From contig JAFYAI010000038.1 in assembly GCA_017540815.1 (NCBI GenBank), positions 411 to 64,410 of the forward strand: a stretch of DNA of 64,000 bases. Direction: 5' to 3'. Made by a program: the position numbers and the translations under genes. Of this stretch, positions 47,547 through 56,999 are shown in pieces; position 1 is the stretch's first letter; the number at the start of each line of letters is the position of its first letter. The stretch is from Spirochaetales bacterium (GTDB lineage Bacteria; Spirochaetota; GWE2-31-10; MWDO01). Under the pieces are notes generated by a model. It did not search any database. It was not told the origin of the DNA and was given only the letters and a program-made list of their open reading frames with translations.

Positions 47547-48722
47547 ATGAAAAAATTAATCACCCTTACGGCTGCATTCTGTGTGCTGATATGTTTCGGA
47601 TGCAGCGGCAGCTATCACGAAGAAGAGATCCGAAATGTAAACCAAATCAGCGAACATATATGTATGGGGGTGACTGTCCCCGGCAGCATTAAAGCGGCTG
47701 AAAATATCAGGTCGAAGATAATATCGCTGATACACGAGCAGGATCATGATGTTCCGCTCGATGTGTGTGTATATGGACTGGATGATGAGCAGATCATTTC
47801 TGCACTGGAAAATGCGGTGGCTGTTGGTGTACATATACGGTTTATCGGGAATGCCGACGGCAGTAAGAGGCTGTCCGACAGCAGAGGATATTACTACAGC
47901 GGATACAGGAGGATCGCTGCGGCTTTGGACAAACATTTCCCTTCGGAGCATGGTCTGCGGACTGAGTGGTCGAGATACAAAGTCTTTGATGATTACAGGC
48001 TTATTAATTACAGCGGTATCATGCACAATAAGTTTATGATATTCACTGACAGCGAAGGCCGCAGAACACTGATGACCGGCTCGATGAATCTTACACAGTC
48101 TTGTATAGAACTGAACAACAATGATGTGGTTTTTATAACAGATAATCGCATTGCCGCGAAATATCTGCGTCAGTTTGAGTATATGCTGGGGTTCAGAAGT
48201 CAGCCGGAGTGCTTTGAGAGATGCTCGGTAGATGGGATAAATATTGACATAGGTTTTAGTCATCCGTCATCGAAGAGCGACTATATAATGAGCCGTATTC
48301 TGACTACCGTGCAGGGATGTAAAGATTCGGCTGAGTTTATGATATTTACTATGACTAATAAGACTCTGCTGCAGATGCTTAGAGACAGATCGGATGCCGG
48401 TCTGTGTGTCAGAGGTGTGTTTGACAGTGCACAGTTATACTGCTCGGCAGAAGAGATACTGCTGGACTCATCAGCCGAATGCCGCAGAGACGGCAATGAG
48501 TATATTATCGACAGTCACGGAGGCAAACTGCATCATAAGTGTATGATACTTGATGCCGGCGGAGAAGATCCGACCGTTATCACTGGATCATTTAATTGGA
48601 CTGCAAATGCAGATAAGCAAAACAATGAGAATGTGCTTATTATTCACAGTGATGAAGCAGCAGAGTTTTACAAATCATATTTTGATAATGTGTGGGATAA
48701 CAGCAAGGCGATAAAAAGATAA
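47547..48722 (+). CDS. phospholipase D-family lipoprotein with two HKD motifs
   Basis: Lipobox LICFGCSG. HNKFMIF...GSMNLT and HHKCMILD...GSFNWT. Confidence 0.8.
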   Translation: MKKLITLTAAFCVLICFGCSGSYHEEEIRNVNQISEHICMGVTVPGSIKAAENIRSKIISLIHEQDHDVPLDVCVYGLDDEQIISALENAVAVGVHIRFIGNADGSKRLSDSRGYYYSGYRRIAAALDKHFPSEHGLRTEWSRYKVFDDYRLINYSGIMHNKFMIFTDSEGRRTLMTGSMNLTQSCIELNNNDVVFITDNRIAAKYLRQFEYMLGFRSQPECFERCSVDGINIDIGFSHPSSKSDYIMSRILTTVQGCKDSAEFMIFTMTNKTLLQMLRDRSDAGLCVRGVFDSAQLYCSAEEILLDSSAECRRDGNEYIIDSHGGKLHHKCMILDAGGEDPTVITGSFNWTANADKQNNENVLIIHSDEAAEFYKSYFDNVWDNSKAIKR

Positions 48723-48738
48723 TGACAGCATCGCGAGT

Positions 48739-49893
48739 TTATCTGCCTGCTTTTTTATCTTCATACATACGCTCATCTGCGATCGCCATAATATCGCTGA
48801 TGTTGTCAGATGTGCAGACAGTTCCCATACCGCATCCGAAACTGACACCGATATGATACGGGTATGATCCCTGTTGATTCTTAATGTCGATTTCCCGATT
48901 GACGGCGGTCCGCAGAGTATCTATATCATCGTTAGTCTTGTTGGTACCGGCAAAGATGAACTCATCCCCGCCATATCGAGCCATGAACCAACCGCCGTGG
49001 ACATTGGCACATGCACCGCGAAGTGCCGATGCGATAACTTTCAGTGCATTGTCACCTTCGAGATGACCGTATCTGTCATTAATCTGTTTGAATTTATTAA
49101 CATCGATAACACATATACACAGTTCAACCTCATTGCCGCTGCTTAAGAGTTTCTGATAGTATAGGTTCAGTTCCCGTCGGTTGTTGAGTCTGGTAAGCTC
49201 ATCGAGTGAGATCATATTCTTCTGACGATTGACGAATACGAATAGCAGACTAAATGTAAATCCTACCTGTATCAGTGTTACTCCGTAGAACAAAAGCTGT
49301 ATGATAGTGGCGATGAATGCAGGAGCAACCAGCATTATTATGATGCCAAGCCCGGCAAAATCAGATCTTGTTTCCCGCCGCAGAGCCGACATCCCAAGTC
49401 CTGCAATCACACCTATGATATAGCACCATGCAGCAACAGGAGCAAGATACGCTCCGATATTGCGGTGGTAGATATTTGTGGCATCTATATAGAATGCGAA
49501 TTTAGTCCATGGTGAAGACAATACGAGCAGGATGAGCGTAAGCATAACTGCAAAGTGGATTTTGCCGCGCTTGTGTCCAAATCGTCGGATCCCTTTTGTC
49601 TTGATATAAGCGTAGTCAGCCCAAAGGTAACTCATAATCGGCGGCATACAGATATATATGCAATCGCTGATATATATTATAGTCTTAGCACCTCTGAAAC
49701 TTTGACCGTCTACACACCATGTGAATATATCCGCTATACAGAATACAATAACTCCGAATATTATCTCGGAGAAGATATTGTCTTCCGTTGCATGATTGCC
49801 GAAACGCATGCTGTTTACAAACAGCAGATATGTTAATATCATAATACAGATCAAGTTGGTCTGTATATAGTAAATCAACTCAGGATAAGTCAT
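48739..49893 (-). CDS. membrane-anchored diguanylate cyclase (GGDEF)
   Basis: Start moved to the ATG at 49893, because the longer ORF runs through a hairpin and the neighbouring gene. About 6 TM segments, then DVNKFKQINDRYGH and RYGGDEFIF. Confidence 0.8.
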   Translation of the reverse strand: MTYPELIYYIQTNLICIMILTYLLFVNSMRFGNHATEDNIFSEIIFGVIVFCIADIFTWCVDGQSFRGAKTIIYISDCIYICMPPIMSYLWADYAYIKTKGIRRFGHKRGKIHFAVMLTLILLVLSSPWTKFAFYIDATNIYHRNIGAYLAPVAAWCYIIGVIAGLGMSALRRETRSDFAGLGIIIMLVAPAFIATIIQLLFYGVTLIQVGFTFSLLFVFVNRQKNMISLDELTRLNNRRELNLYYQKLLSSGNEVELCICVIDVNKFKQINDRYGHLEGDNALKVIASALRGACANVHGGWFMARYGGDEFIFAGTNKTNDDIDTLRTAVNREIDIKNQQGSYPYHIGVSFGCGMGTVCTSDNISDIMAIADERMYEDKKAGR

Positions 49894-49920
49894 AGACGGA
49901 GTATAAATAAACACTCCAAA

Positions 49921-49975
49921 AAAATCAATAAAAAAACACAAAAATCTTTGATTTTTGTGTTTTTTTATTGATTTT
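49921..49975 (-). terminator. long hairpin at the 3' end of the caspase-like/GIY-YIG unit
   Basis: Perfect 26-nt arms aaaatcaataaaaaaacacaaaaatc / gatttttgtgtttttttattgatttt with loop ttt. A T-run follows on the minus strand. The GIY-YIG stop codon lies inside the stem. Confidence 0.7.
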
Positions 49976-50210
49976 GTATTAATTTTTCTTTCTCTTTTTT
50001 TGTCATCTGCTTTATATGCCACTCCCGACTCTGTGCCGCATGATAGTCGGGCAGTTCCTCGGAATAGACAAGAGTAACAGGCAGCCGTCCTTTTGTATAT
50101 TTGGCTCCTTTGCCTGCATTGTGGACTTTAATGCGTGCTTGTATATCTGTTGTCGCTCCTGTGTAGAGTGTGCCGTCTGCACAGCGGACTATATAGACCC
50201 AACCGCTCAT
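49965..50210 (-). CDS. GIY-YIG nuclease-family small protein (UPF0213/YhbQ-like)
   Basis: WVYIVRCADGTLYTGATTDIQARIKVHN...REWHIKQ (GIY, YTG, Arg and Glu positions). Confidence 0.8.
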   Translation of the reverse strand: MSGWVYIVRCADGTLYTGATTDIQARIKVHNAGKGAKYTKGRLPVTLVYSEELPDYHAAQSREWHIKQMTKKEKEKLIQNQ

Positions 50211-51460
50211 TATCGTATCCTAAAGTCGGTGACGGACAGCAGTTCGTCTTTGCAGAGTATTTTGACTGTGTATTTGCCTGTCTGCCATCTGCCTGTTTCA
50301 TTCCAGCCGTATATTACACGGCAGTTCATCATACCGGGAGCAGACAGCGGACGGCACGGTTTGTCGAGTTTACACATCAGGGAACCGTCAGGATAGTAGA
50401 AGTAGACCGATAAGATTATCTTGGAGTGCGGATCGGGGAGTTTGGACAGTCGCAGATACATATCCAAACCTACATATTCTGTATCGGATTTGGCATAGAC
50501 CGTTGTCGGCTGGAATGTCCTGACATCAAAAAAGTCTGATTTGACTAATGTGAGCAGACCGTGATCATAGTCGGCATTTGCATTAGCAGAGCCGAACTCT
50601 GAGTTATACGCTTCGTTGAATCTCTCGTTAAATGTGATAAGATCATTCCTCGGTCGGCTTTGTGCCTGAGACTTTGCAGGTTTCCTGCCGTTAATGTTAA
50701 AGTCTCCGTCGCGTGTATCGGCAAAGATCTCCGGCAGATAGTGAGCCTCGTATTTGTTGCGGATCATATAGTTGCGGCAGCTGCTGACGATATAGTCGGA
50801 TATTTCTCCGAATGTCGTTATGCCGTCTGCATTGGCATCGGCTTCACCGCGGAGACCTTCTGTCAGGAAGAATGAGAAAACACTTCTGGGCTTCTCGTAA
50901 TCTTTATATATAAGCGGCTTAGGAGAGCCTGACATTATGACTTTGATGCCGCGGTCTTTTGTAATGGTAACGAACTCTTCTCCTGCGGCAGCATTGGCAC
51001 CTGTAAAAGTATAATCAATGAATGCCATAACTTTAGTCCGGTCATTAATCATTCTGAAATAATAAAGCAGTTCATCATAACTAAGAGCAGTGGCTACAGG
51101 ATGGTCCGCATCATAATCTCCGAATATAAAAAAAGGCTGCCTGCGATAGTTAAATCCGTATCCGCTGAAACAGAAAACCAAAGACTTAAGCGACTGAGCA
51201 CATGCTATGTCCTGCAGCATTTGCAGGATGCCGTCTTTGGATGTCTTATCCGTGATAACGGCTGTTTCATAGCCGCATATATTCTCAAACACATCTTTAA
51301 GTGCGGTAGTGTCGTTGCGGCGGCACGAGTATGCAGCGTCTGTTTTGGGTGCGTCTGCTCCGATTATCAGAGCAAACCTCCGACAGTCAGGAGAGATCCC
51401 CCACACAGACGATATGCAGATAACAAATATTAATATAGTAAAGATTATCTTGTGGTGCAT
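50210..51460 (-). CDS. secreted caspase-like (peptidase C14 fold) protein, catalytic dyad apparently substituted
   Basis: Signal/anchor peptide. RFALIIGAD...NDTTALKDVF...LVFCFSGYG...MAFIDYTFTG...ADANADGITTFGEISDYI follows the bacterial caspase-domain order. Confidence 0.45.
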   Translation of the reverse strand: MHHKIIFTILIFVICISSVWGISPDCRRFALIIGADAPKTDAAYSCRRNDTTALKDVFENICGYETAVITDKTSKDGILQMLQDIACAQSLKSLVFCFSGYGFNYRRQPFFIFGDYDADHPVATALSYDELLYYFRMINDRTKVMAFIDYTFTGANAAAGEEFVTITKDRGIKVIMSGSPKPLIYKDYEKPRSVFSFFLTEGLRGEADANADGITTFGEISDYIVSSCRNYMIRNKYEAHYLPEIFADTRDGDFNINGRKPAKSQAQSRPRNDLITFNERFNEAYNSEFGSANANADYDHGLLTLVKSDFFDVRTFQPTTVYAKSDTEYVGLDMYLRLSKLPDPHSKIILSVYFYYPDGSLMCKLDKPCRPLSAPGMMNCRVIYGWNETGRWQTGKYTVKILCKDELLSVTDFRIR

Positions 51461-51602
51461 AATACTATTATATCACTTTTTCGGCAAAAAACATTAATTT
51501 TATTGACATTTTTTCTTAAATATCTTTTTATTATTAGCGTTTTTTAGTTTGTTGGCATATATCGGCGTTTCAGAAGTTATAAGTGATTATCTGAAATCTA
51601 AC

Positions 51603-51646
51603 CAAAAAACCGGCAAAAAATCTTTTGATTTTTTGCCGGTTTTTTG
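51603..51646. repeat. 44-nt perfect palindrome (20-nt arms) in a divergent intergenic region
   Basis: caaaaaaccggcaaaaaatc-tttt-gattttttgccggttttttg. Confidence 0.85.
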
Positions 51647-51659
51647 TTATAGTATAGTT

Positions 51660-52406
51660 ATGACCACTACTCCTGTTTTCGATATTCGTAATCTGTCTTT
51701 CACTTGGGATAAGCCCAAGGCTGTCTGCAGCGGCACGGCGAGGTATGTTATAACCGGATTCAATGCACAATTATGCAGCAGGCAAATAATCACTTTGATC
51801 GGCAGAAACGGCAGCGGCAAGTCTACGCTGCTTAAGATATTATCCGGGCTGAACCGCAGATATGACGGAGATGTCTTTTTCTGCGGGCAGCAGCTGTCAG
51901 GGCTAAGGCGGAGCCTGCTTGCCCGCAGCATGTCGTATATGTCACAGTCGTCTGATGAGATGCCGCCGTTTACGGTGAGGGAGATCGCAGATATGGGTAA
52001 CTATGCCGGACTGTCAGGCATAGATGCCAGGCAGGCTGATGAGCGGACTATGATGGCATTGGGGCTGACAGGACTGACCGATAAAGCCGACATCCCATAC
52101 AGTCAGCTGTCAGGCGGCTATCAGCAGCGTGTGATGCTTGCCAGAGCGATATGTCAGTCTGTGAATGTGATGCTGCTTGATGAGCCTATGTCAGGACTTG
52201 ATATTGTCTGCAAGGACAGCATGATGCGGACTCTGCGACATATCGCCGATACACAGGACAGCCTGATCATGATGTCTACGCATGATATAGATCTGGCTAA
52301 ACGATACTCTGATCATATTTTGTGCTTCGCAGGGCAGACTCCTCAAATGCTTCTGCCGTCAGAACTGACCGATGAGAAGATAGAGGAGATTTTTAGGGAA
52401 GAGTGA
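51660..52406 (+). CDS. ABC transporter ATP-binding protein (FepC/BtuD-like), no cognate permease nearby
   Basis: Start moved to the ATG at 51660, because the longer ORF would translate the palindrome. GRNGSGKSTLLK, LSGGYQQRVMLARA, LLDEPMSGLD. Confidence 0.8.
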   Translation: MTTTPVFDIRNLSFTWDKPKAVCSGTARYVITGFNAQLCSRQIITLIGRNGSGKSTLLKILSGLNRRYDGDVFFCGQQLSGLRRSLLARSMSYMSQSSDEMPPFTVREIADMGNYAGLSGIDARQADERTMMALGLTGLTDKADIPYSQLSGGYQQRVMLARAICQSVNVMLLDEPMSGLDIVCKDSMMRTLRHIADTQDSLIMMSTHDIDLAKRYSDHILCFAGQTPQMLLPSELTDEKIEEIFREE

Positions 52407-52540
52407 GTAATTCATAAATTCCGAAATACATAATTTCAGAAAAAAACATTGTAAAGTATAAAAAAATATGTTATTCTATAATTTAACAATGCGGACTGTC
52501 GCTCAATGGTGAGTTTTGTATAGTCCTAATGGGAGCTGTT

Positions 52541-53350
52541 ATGAAATTATGCAATCGAAATAAGTTTTTACCGGTATTGATATTTATCTTCGGATTGGTC
52601 GGATGTTCGACGATCAAGGTGACGGACAAAGGAACAATGTCATCAATTTTGTTTCGCAATCTCGTAGAGACTTCCGAGCAGATCTCGGATGCGTATATCT
52701 CAGGTATGCTGCGCATATCCGGAGTGCCTGAGATACCTGCAGGTGCGTATATATCTTACGCATTTCACGGCAATGTTAAGGATCAGACAGGCAAGTTCAG
52801 TCTTGCTGTATTCAAGAAACCTGTATTTGAGATATATTTCGACAAAAAGGATTTTGTGCTGATCAACTGCCGCAAGAAAATATATGTTAAGTCCAATCTT
52901 GATGATATTGACTATTCCAAATTTATCGGTGTGAATATCAACCCCCTCGATATTGCATATTTCCTGATGGGGACAGTACCGTATTCACCGGATCTGCAGC
53001 TGCTTAACTACGAAGTAACCAAAGACGCACACCTGCTTGAGATCTCATCGAGTGTAGCCGGCTATAATCTGCGTCTGAATGCTGATGAAGAAATAGTCAG
53101 TGCTGATATTAACAATCAATATTTCGACTCCATTATGATGGACTCGGTAAAATATGCACCTAATGCAGACGGAGTGCGAATGCCGCAGAGTGCAGTATTC
53201 CGCACGGAAGATAAGAAGAAGAGTATCAGCTTTATCGTAGATAAGATGTCTGCTGCAGAGCCTTATGATGCGTCTGTTATGGATAAGGAGATTACTGAAG
53301 GAGAATATACTCTTATTGAGAATATGACCGATTTTAGTTTTAAATTTTAA
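52541..53350 (+). CDS. lipoprotein, possibly LolA/LolB-like fold
   Basis: Start at MKLCNRNKFLPVLIFIFGLVGCS (lipobox) behind GGGAG. The size and beta-rich pattern are the only support for the fold guess. Confidence 0.4.
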   Translation: MKLCNRNKFLPVLIFIFGLVGCSTIKVTDKGTMSSILFRNLVETSEQISDAYISGMLRISGVPEIPAGAYISYAFHGNVKDQTGKFSLAVFKKPVFEIYFDKKDFVLINCRKKIYVKSNLDDIDYSKFIGVNINPLDIAYFLMGTVPYSPDLQLLNYEVTKDAHLLEISSSVAGYNLRLNADEEIVSADINNQYFDSIMMDSVKYAPNADGVRMPQSAVFRTEDKKKSISFIVDKMSAAEPYDASVMDKEITEGEYTLIENMTDFSFKF

Positions 53351-55692
53351 TGAAAAGTCTAAACCGTTATGTCATTTTTTTGGCCGCTGTTTCGTTAGCA
53401 TTATCAGCATATCCTGCTTTTGCTCAGGATGCTGTTTCGGAATCGGATCTTTCATCGGATATTTCGCAGAATGCGGCTGCCGATGTGTCGGCTGACAGTG
53501 CGGTTAGAGTCACGAAGATCACGCTCAGCGGAGTTAAACTGTCCCGTGCGAGATTTGACAAGCAGCTGCCTGTGCATGTCGGTGACGAGTGGAATAAAGA
53601 AGTCCTGACGAAAGTAATGAAATTCTTAAATGCTCTGCACAGCGACAATGTAATAGAGTCCGGCAACTACGGAGTGAAGCAGCAGGTCAGCGGCAGCAGT
53701 GCCGAGCTGACGATCTATGTGGCTGAGAAACTGCCGCTGTTTGCATTTGCATTTCCGTTTTATTCGACAACGAAAGGCTTTAAAGCCAAACTCAAATATT
53801 GGCAGTTCTATCACAAAGGCTTCCCTATGCCTATAGAGGCTCAGTTGGAGTATATAGCCAAGGAAAAGCTTGGATTCACAATAGAAGCCGATAAACTCCG
53901 CATTAATGACAATATGAATGTCTCGTTTAATCTCGATGCTTTTACCAGCACTCTGAACTTCCTGTCAGGCGATCCGAACTGGCACTCAGATATATGGGAG
54001 AGCGGCATCGAAGATCTGTCGGCATTTATGAATATAACGGTTCCTAAGACGCAGACTTATATACGCCCGTATATCGGTATGGGGTACGGTAATGTCATTA
54101 CAACTGCCGAAGAATACAAGCTCGACAATATTACCAGCCAAAACCATGTTACACTGCTCAACCCGACATTGCAGGTCAAGCAGCCACTGGATAACAAAGG
54201 CTCATACTTCCGCACCAATCTCGGCTTCGGATATAAGAACTACTATACATCCATATCTGATGTGTCCGGTGATACTGTAAGCACAAAGAATGAGTTCAGC
54301 CTTGCTCTTATCGGCAATGATCCGGAAGATATTAAGAATCCTTTGGAGAATCCTGTCAGGCTCGGAGAGGTCGGCATCGCCTTGCCTAAGATCGGCAGTA
54401 TGATGTATCTAAGTTTTGACACTGCCGTTATGCAGACGATAATGAGTGTATCTTCGACGGCGAGTGCCGAAGCAGAATACACTTATGATGATATTTTTCT
54501 CAAAGAGTTTTCTTATTCTAAGTTTGAGGATGATATTCTGAAAAAAATAGATGATCCGACTGACAGAGAGTTCGTCCGCAGCTGTTACTACAAGGACACT
54601 GATGATAAGAAATATTATATCAACAAAGGCACATCCAATGCAACGAAGCAGATGATATGGGATATTTTGAAACTCTCAGGTATTATCTATAATAATGGTT
54701 TTATGGTGTCACCGTCGATAAGGTTTGATTTCGCTGTCGGCAGGACAGGACTGCACATCCTGCCTGGTGTATCGTTTGGCTGGAATGTCAAATACGAAGA
54801 TCCGAAGGTCCGCAATCATACTGTCGGTGTAAACGGCAGCTTAGCGGCTCATTATACAATACCGATTATCGGGTTGCTGCTGAAATTTAACAGTAGTGTT
54901 ACATATTCTCATGAATGGTGGGATGATGACATCGATCGTGAGTATCATACGGATATAACAGATAAAGTAGTTATCAATGAGATAATGCTGTCTGCACAGA
55001 AGTTTATCCCGATGTCAAACTTTTATCTGAATCGTCAGCAGGTTAATACAGACCTGCGTCCTAAAGCAGGACATGAAGTCATAGCTAAATTCCGATTGGA
55101 AGCAGATCCTGTATGGAAAGTAGCAGACGGAGCAAAAAGCGGAACAGTGGAGACGACATTGGAAGTGATGTACAGTCTGTATCTGCCGGTCTACAAGAGT
55201 CATAAGTTTAAATTCCGTGGGTTGCTGTTTGCATCGTTTAACGATGTGACGGATAAAGCATTCGAGGATCAGTTTATAGGTGACTGGGTGCGGGGCAAGG
55301 GATACGGTTCGCTGGACAGCTATGCCGGACTTGTGCTTAACTTCGATTATTGGATACCGCTGTTTGTCGTCGATACCAATAAGTTCATCGGCAAGACTAT
55401 GAAGAAGCCGATGATGTGGGATGTTTATTGGGTATGGTACACCGATATGATGATCAGTGTTACTAACAAAGAGACTGCTATGACATTGGATAAAAACCTG
55501 CTCCATCTGCTGCCTGCTATGACAGTCGGAACGGCATTCAGATTTTATCCGAAGTTTATACCGCTTGGCATCAATGTGGAAGTTAGTATCAATGCCTATA
55601 ACCTTGTAAAAGAAAAAGGGTCATTTACAAGTTATCTGTATTTCGAGTTCAGCATAACGCATCAGATTAATTCAAATTGGTTCCATAAATAG
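53350..55692 (+). CDS. large outer-membrane beta-barrel protein with POTRA-like N-terminus (BamA/TamA-like)
   Basis: Signal peptide ending AFAQ. VRVTKITLSGVKLSRARF...VGDEWNKEVL...LTIYVAEK resembles a POTRA unit. Long aromatic/Gly-rich C-terminal region. TAATG overlap with the upstream gene. Confidence 0.45.
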   Translation: MKSLNRYVIFLAAVSLALSAYPAFAQDAVSESDLSSDISQNAAADVSADSAVRVTKITLSGVKLSRARFDKQLPVHVGDEWNKEVLTKVMKFLNALHSDNVIESGNYGVKQQVSGSSAELTIYVAEKLPLFAFAFPFYSTTKGFKAKLKYWQFYHKGFPMPIEAQLEYIAKEKLGFTIEADKLRINDNMNVSFNLDAFTSTLNFLSGDPNWHSDIWESGIEDLSAFMNITVPKTQTYIRPYIGMGYGNVITTAEEYKLDNITSQNHVTLLNPTLQVKQPLDNKGSYFRTNLGFGYKNYYTSISDVSGDTVSTKNEFSLALIGNDPEDIKNPLENPVRLGEVGIALPKIGSMMYLSFDTAVMQTIMSVSSTASAEAEYTYDDIFLKEFSYSKFEDDILKKIDDPTDREFVRSCYYKDTDDKKYYINKGTSNATKQMIWDILKLSGIIYNNGFMVSPSIRFDFAVGRTGLHILPGVSFGWNVKYEDPKVRNHTVGVNGSLAAHYTIPIIGLLLKFNSSVTYSHEWWDDDIDREYHTDITDKVVINEIMLSAQKFIPMSNFYLNRQQVNTDLRPKAGHEVIAKFRLEADPVWKVADGAKSGTVETTLEVMYSLYLPVYKSHKFKFRGLLFASFNDVTDKAFEDQFIGDWVRGKGYGSLDSYAGLVLNFDYWIPLFVVDTNKFIGKTMKKPMMWDVYWVWYTDMMISVTNKETAMTLDKNLLHLLPAMTVGTAFRFYPKFIPLGINVEVSINAYNLVKEKGSFTSYLYFEFSITHQINSNWFHK

Positions 55693-55694
55693 GA

Positions 55695-56363
55695 TTGCTT
55701 ATGAATATAGTATGTTTGATTGCAGTACCGCTTTTTTTCATTATGATTTCGTTTTATTTCAGATTCTGGATGGACTCTGACAACTCCAAGCGTATCTATG
55801 CACTGTTTGCGTGGGGATTTTTCTTCGGAGTGCTGTATTATACGCTGTCGCCGTTAGCTGCGTCTTCATTCGACAATAAGATCGCACTGTCTGCCGTCTT
55901 CACGAGGAGCATGCTGATAGACGGGATATTGTTTGGAGGTGTGTTCGCACTGACATGTATCGGGCTGTGCTATTGGCTGAGCGAAGATGATATGCACAAT
56001 ATGTCAGTCGGTGCGACAGGAGCATTCGGTTATCTGTGCGGTACTATGACTGTAAGGAATATTCTGATATTTATCCGACAGGAATACACCGATAATATCC
56101 TGCTCTACATACCGTTTATATTGTTCCTTATAGCAGTCTGTGCCGTTGTCGGGATATTCTACGGACTGACACGAGATGCCGATGAAACATGGAAGAAGCT
56201 GCTGTTTATCACTGCCGGGATGATTGTCTGTGGTTTGTTGACCGGTATGTATAGTTTTTTGTCATTTGTCAATAACTGGACTATATGGATAATCGCTGCC
56301 ATATCTTTGGCATTGAGCATAGTATTCTATTTTATAGACTATCGGGAGTACAGCGATGAGTGA
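55695..56363 (+). CDS. polytopic membrane protein, unknown function
   Basis: TTG start (ATG two codons later). About 7 hydrophobic segments. The 3' end overlaps the hisI start by 8 nt. Confidence 0.55.
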   Translation: MLMNIVCLIAVPLFFIMISFYFRFWMDSDNSKRIYALFAWGFFFGVLYYTLSPLAASSFDNKIALSAVFTRSMLIDGILFGGVFALTCIGLCYWLSEDDMHNMSVGATGAFGYLCGTMTVRNILIFIRQEYTDNILLYIPFILFLIAVCAVVGIFYGLTRDADETWKKLLFITAGMIVCGLLTGMYSFLSFVNNWTIWIIAAISLALSIVFYFIDYREYSDE

Positions 56364-56772
56364 TATGACATCATTTCTGAATAATATTAAATTCGATGAC
56401 AGAGGTCTTGTGCCGGTCATCGCGGTTGATGATGATACGGATCAGGTGCTGATGATGGCATATACCAATGAAGAAGCTCTGCAGCGAACTCTGTCAAGCG
56501 GTCATGCGACATATTGGTCACGATCCAGAGGTAAGTTGTGGTGCAAAGGCGAGGAGTCAGGCAATATCCAGAAGATAACAGATATACTGCTTGACTGCGA
56601 CGGAGATACGCTTATCTACAGAGTTAAGCCAATGGGGATCGGAGCGGCATGCCACACAGGACACCGCAGCTGTTTCTATCGGCATTGGGATGGCTCAGAA
56701 TGGACTGATAACGGTGATCCGGTTATGTTTGATCCGAAAGAAGTGTATAAGTTTACAGGAGACAACAAATGA
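56356..56772 (+). CDS. hisI: phosphoribosyl-AMP cyclohydrolase
   Basis: [66 protein letters not shown] (metal-binding residues present). Confidence 0.85.
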   Translation: MSDMTSFLNNIKFDDRGLVPVIAVDDDTDQVLMMAYTNEEALQRTLSSGHATYWSRSRGKLWCKGEESGNIQKITDILLDCDGDTLIYRVKPMGIGAACHTGHRSCFYRHWDGSEWTDNGDPVMFDPKEVYKFTGDNK

Positions 56773-56978
56773 AAGAAAAACAATTAGTTTTGGTTGGCAC
56801 AATTGTGCTTATGCTGGCGATGGTTCTAACAGGCTGTGACACGGAATGCGGAAGCAGCCGGAGTTCGTCAAACAACGGCGTATCCGCAACATCACCTCTT
56901 ATATATAACGCACGAAATGAAAAACCGGCTGAAAAAAAGCGGAAAAATCTCTTGATTTTTCCGCTTTTTTTGCTATAA
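56769..56978 (+). CDS. possible small lipoprotein
   Basis: ATGA overlap with the hisI stop. [10 protein letters not shown] lipobox. The C-terminal third is encoded by a terminator hairpin, so the true end is uncertain. Confidence 0.4.
   Translation: MKEKQLVLVGTIVLMLAMVLTGCDTECGSSRSSSNNGVSATSPLIYNARNEKPAEKKRKNLLIFPLFLL
56932..56971 (+). terminator. A/T-flanked hairpin terminator
   Basis: aaaaaaagcggaaaaatc-tctt-gatttttccgcttttttt gives 18-nt arms. Confidence 0.65.
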
Positions 56979-56999
56979 TAACACAAAGGATAAAATTAT

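Noticed and set aside
51549-51659. N-terminal extensions in the ORF track. Examples are 51549 for the ABC ATPase, 50022 for the GGDEF gene, 17763, 15333, 29591, 29645, 52529 and 63121
   Set aside because: The extensions run through palindromes or neighbouring genes and lack RBSs. Internal ATGs are preceded by Shine-Dalgarno-like sequences and followed by signal peptides or conserved N-termini, so they are better starts.
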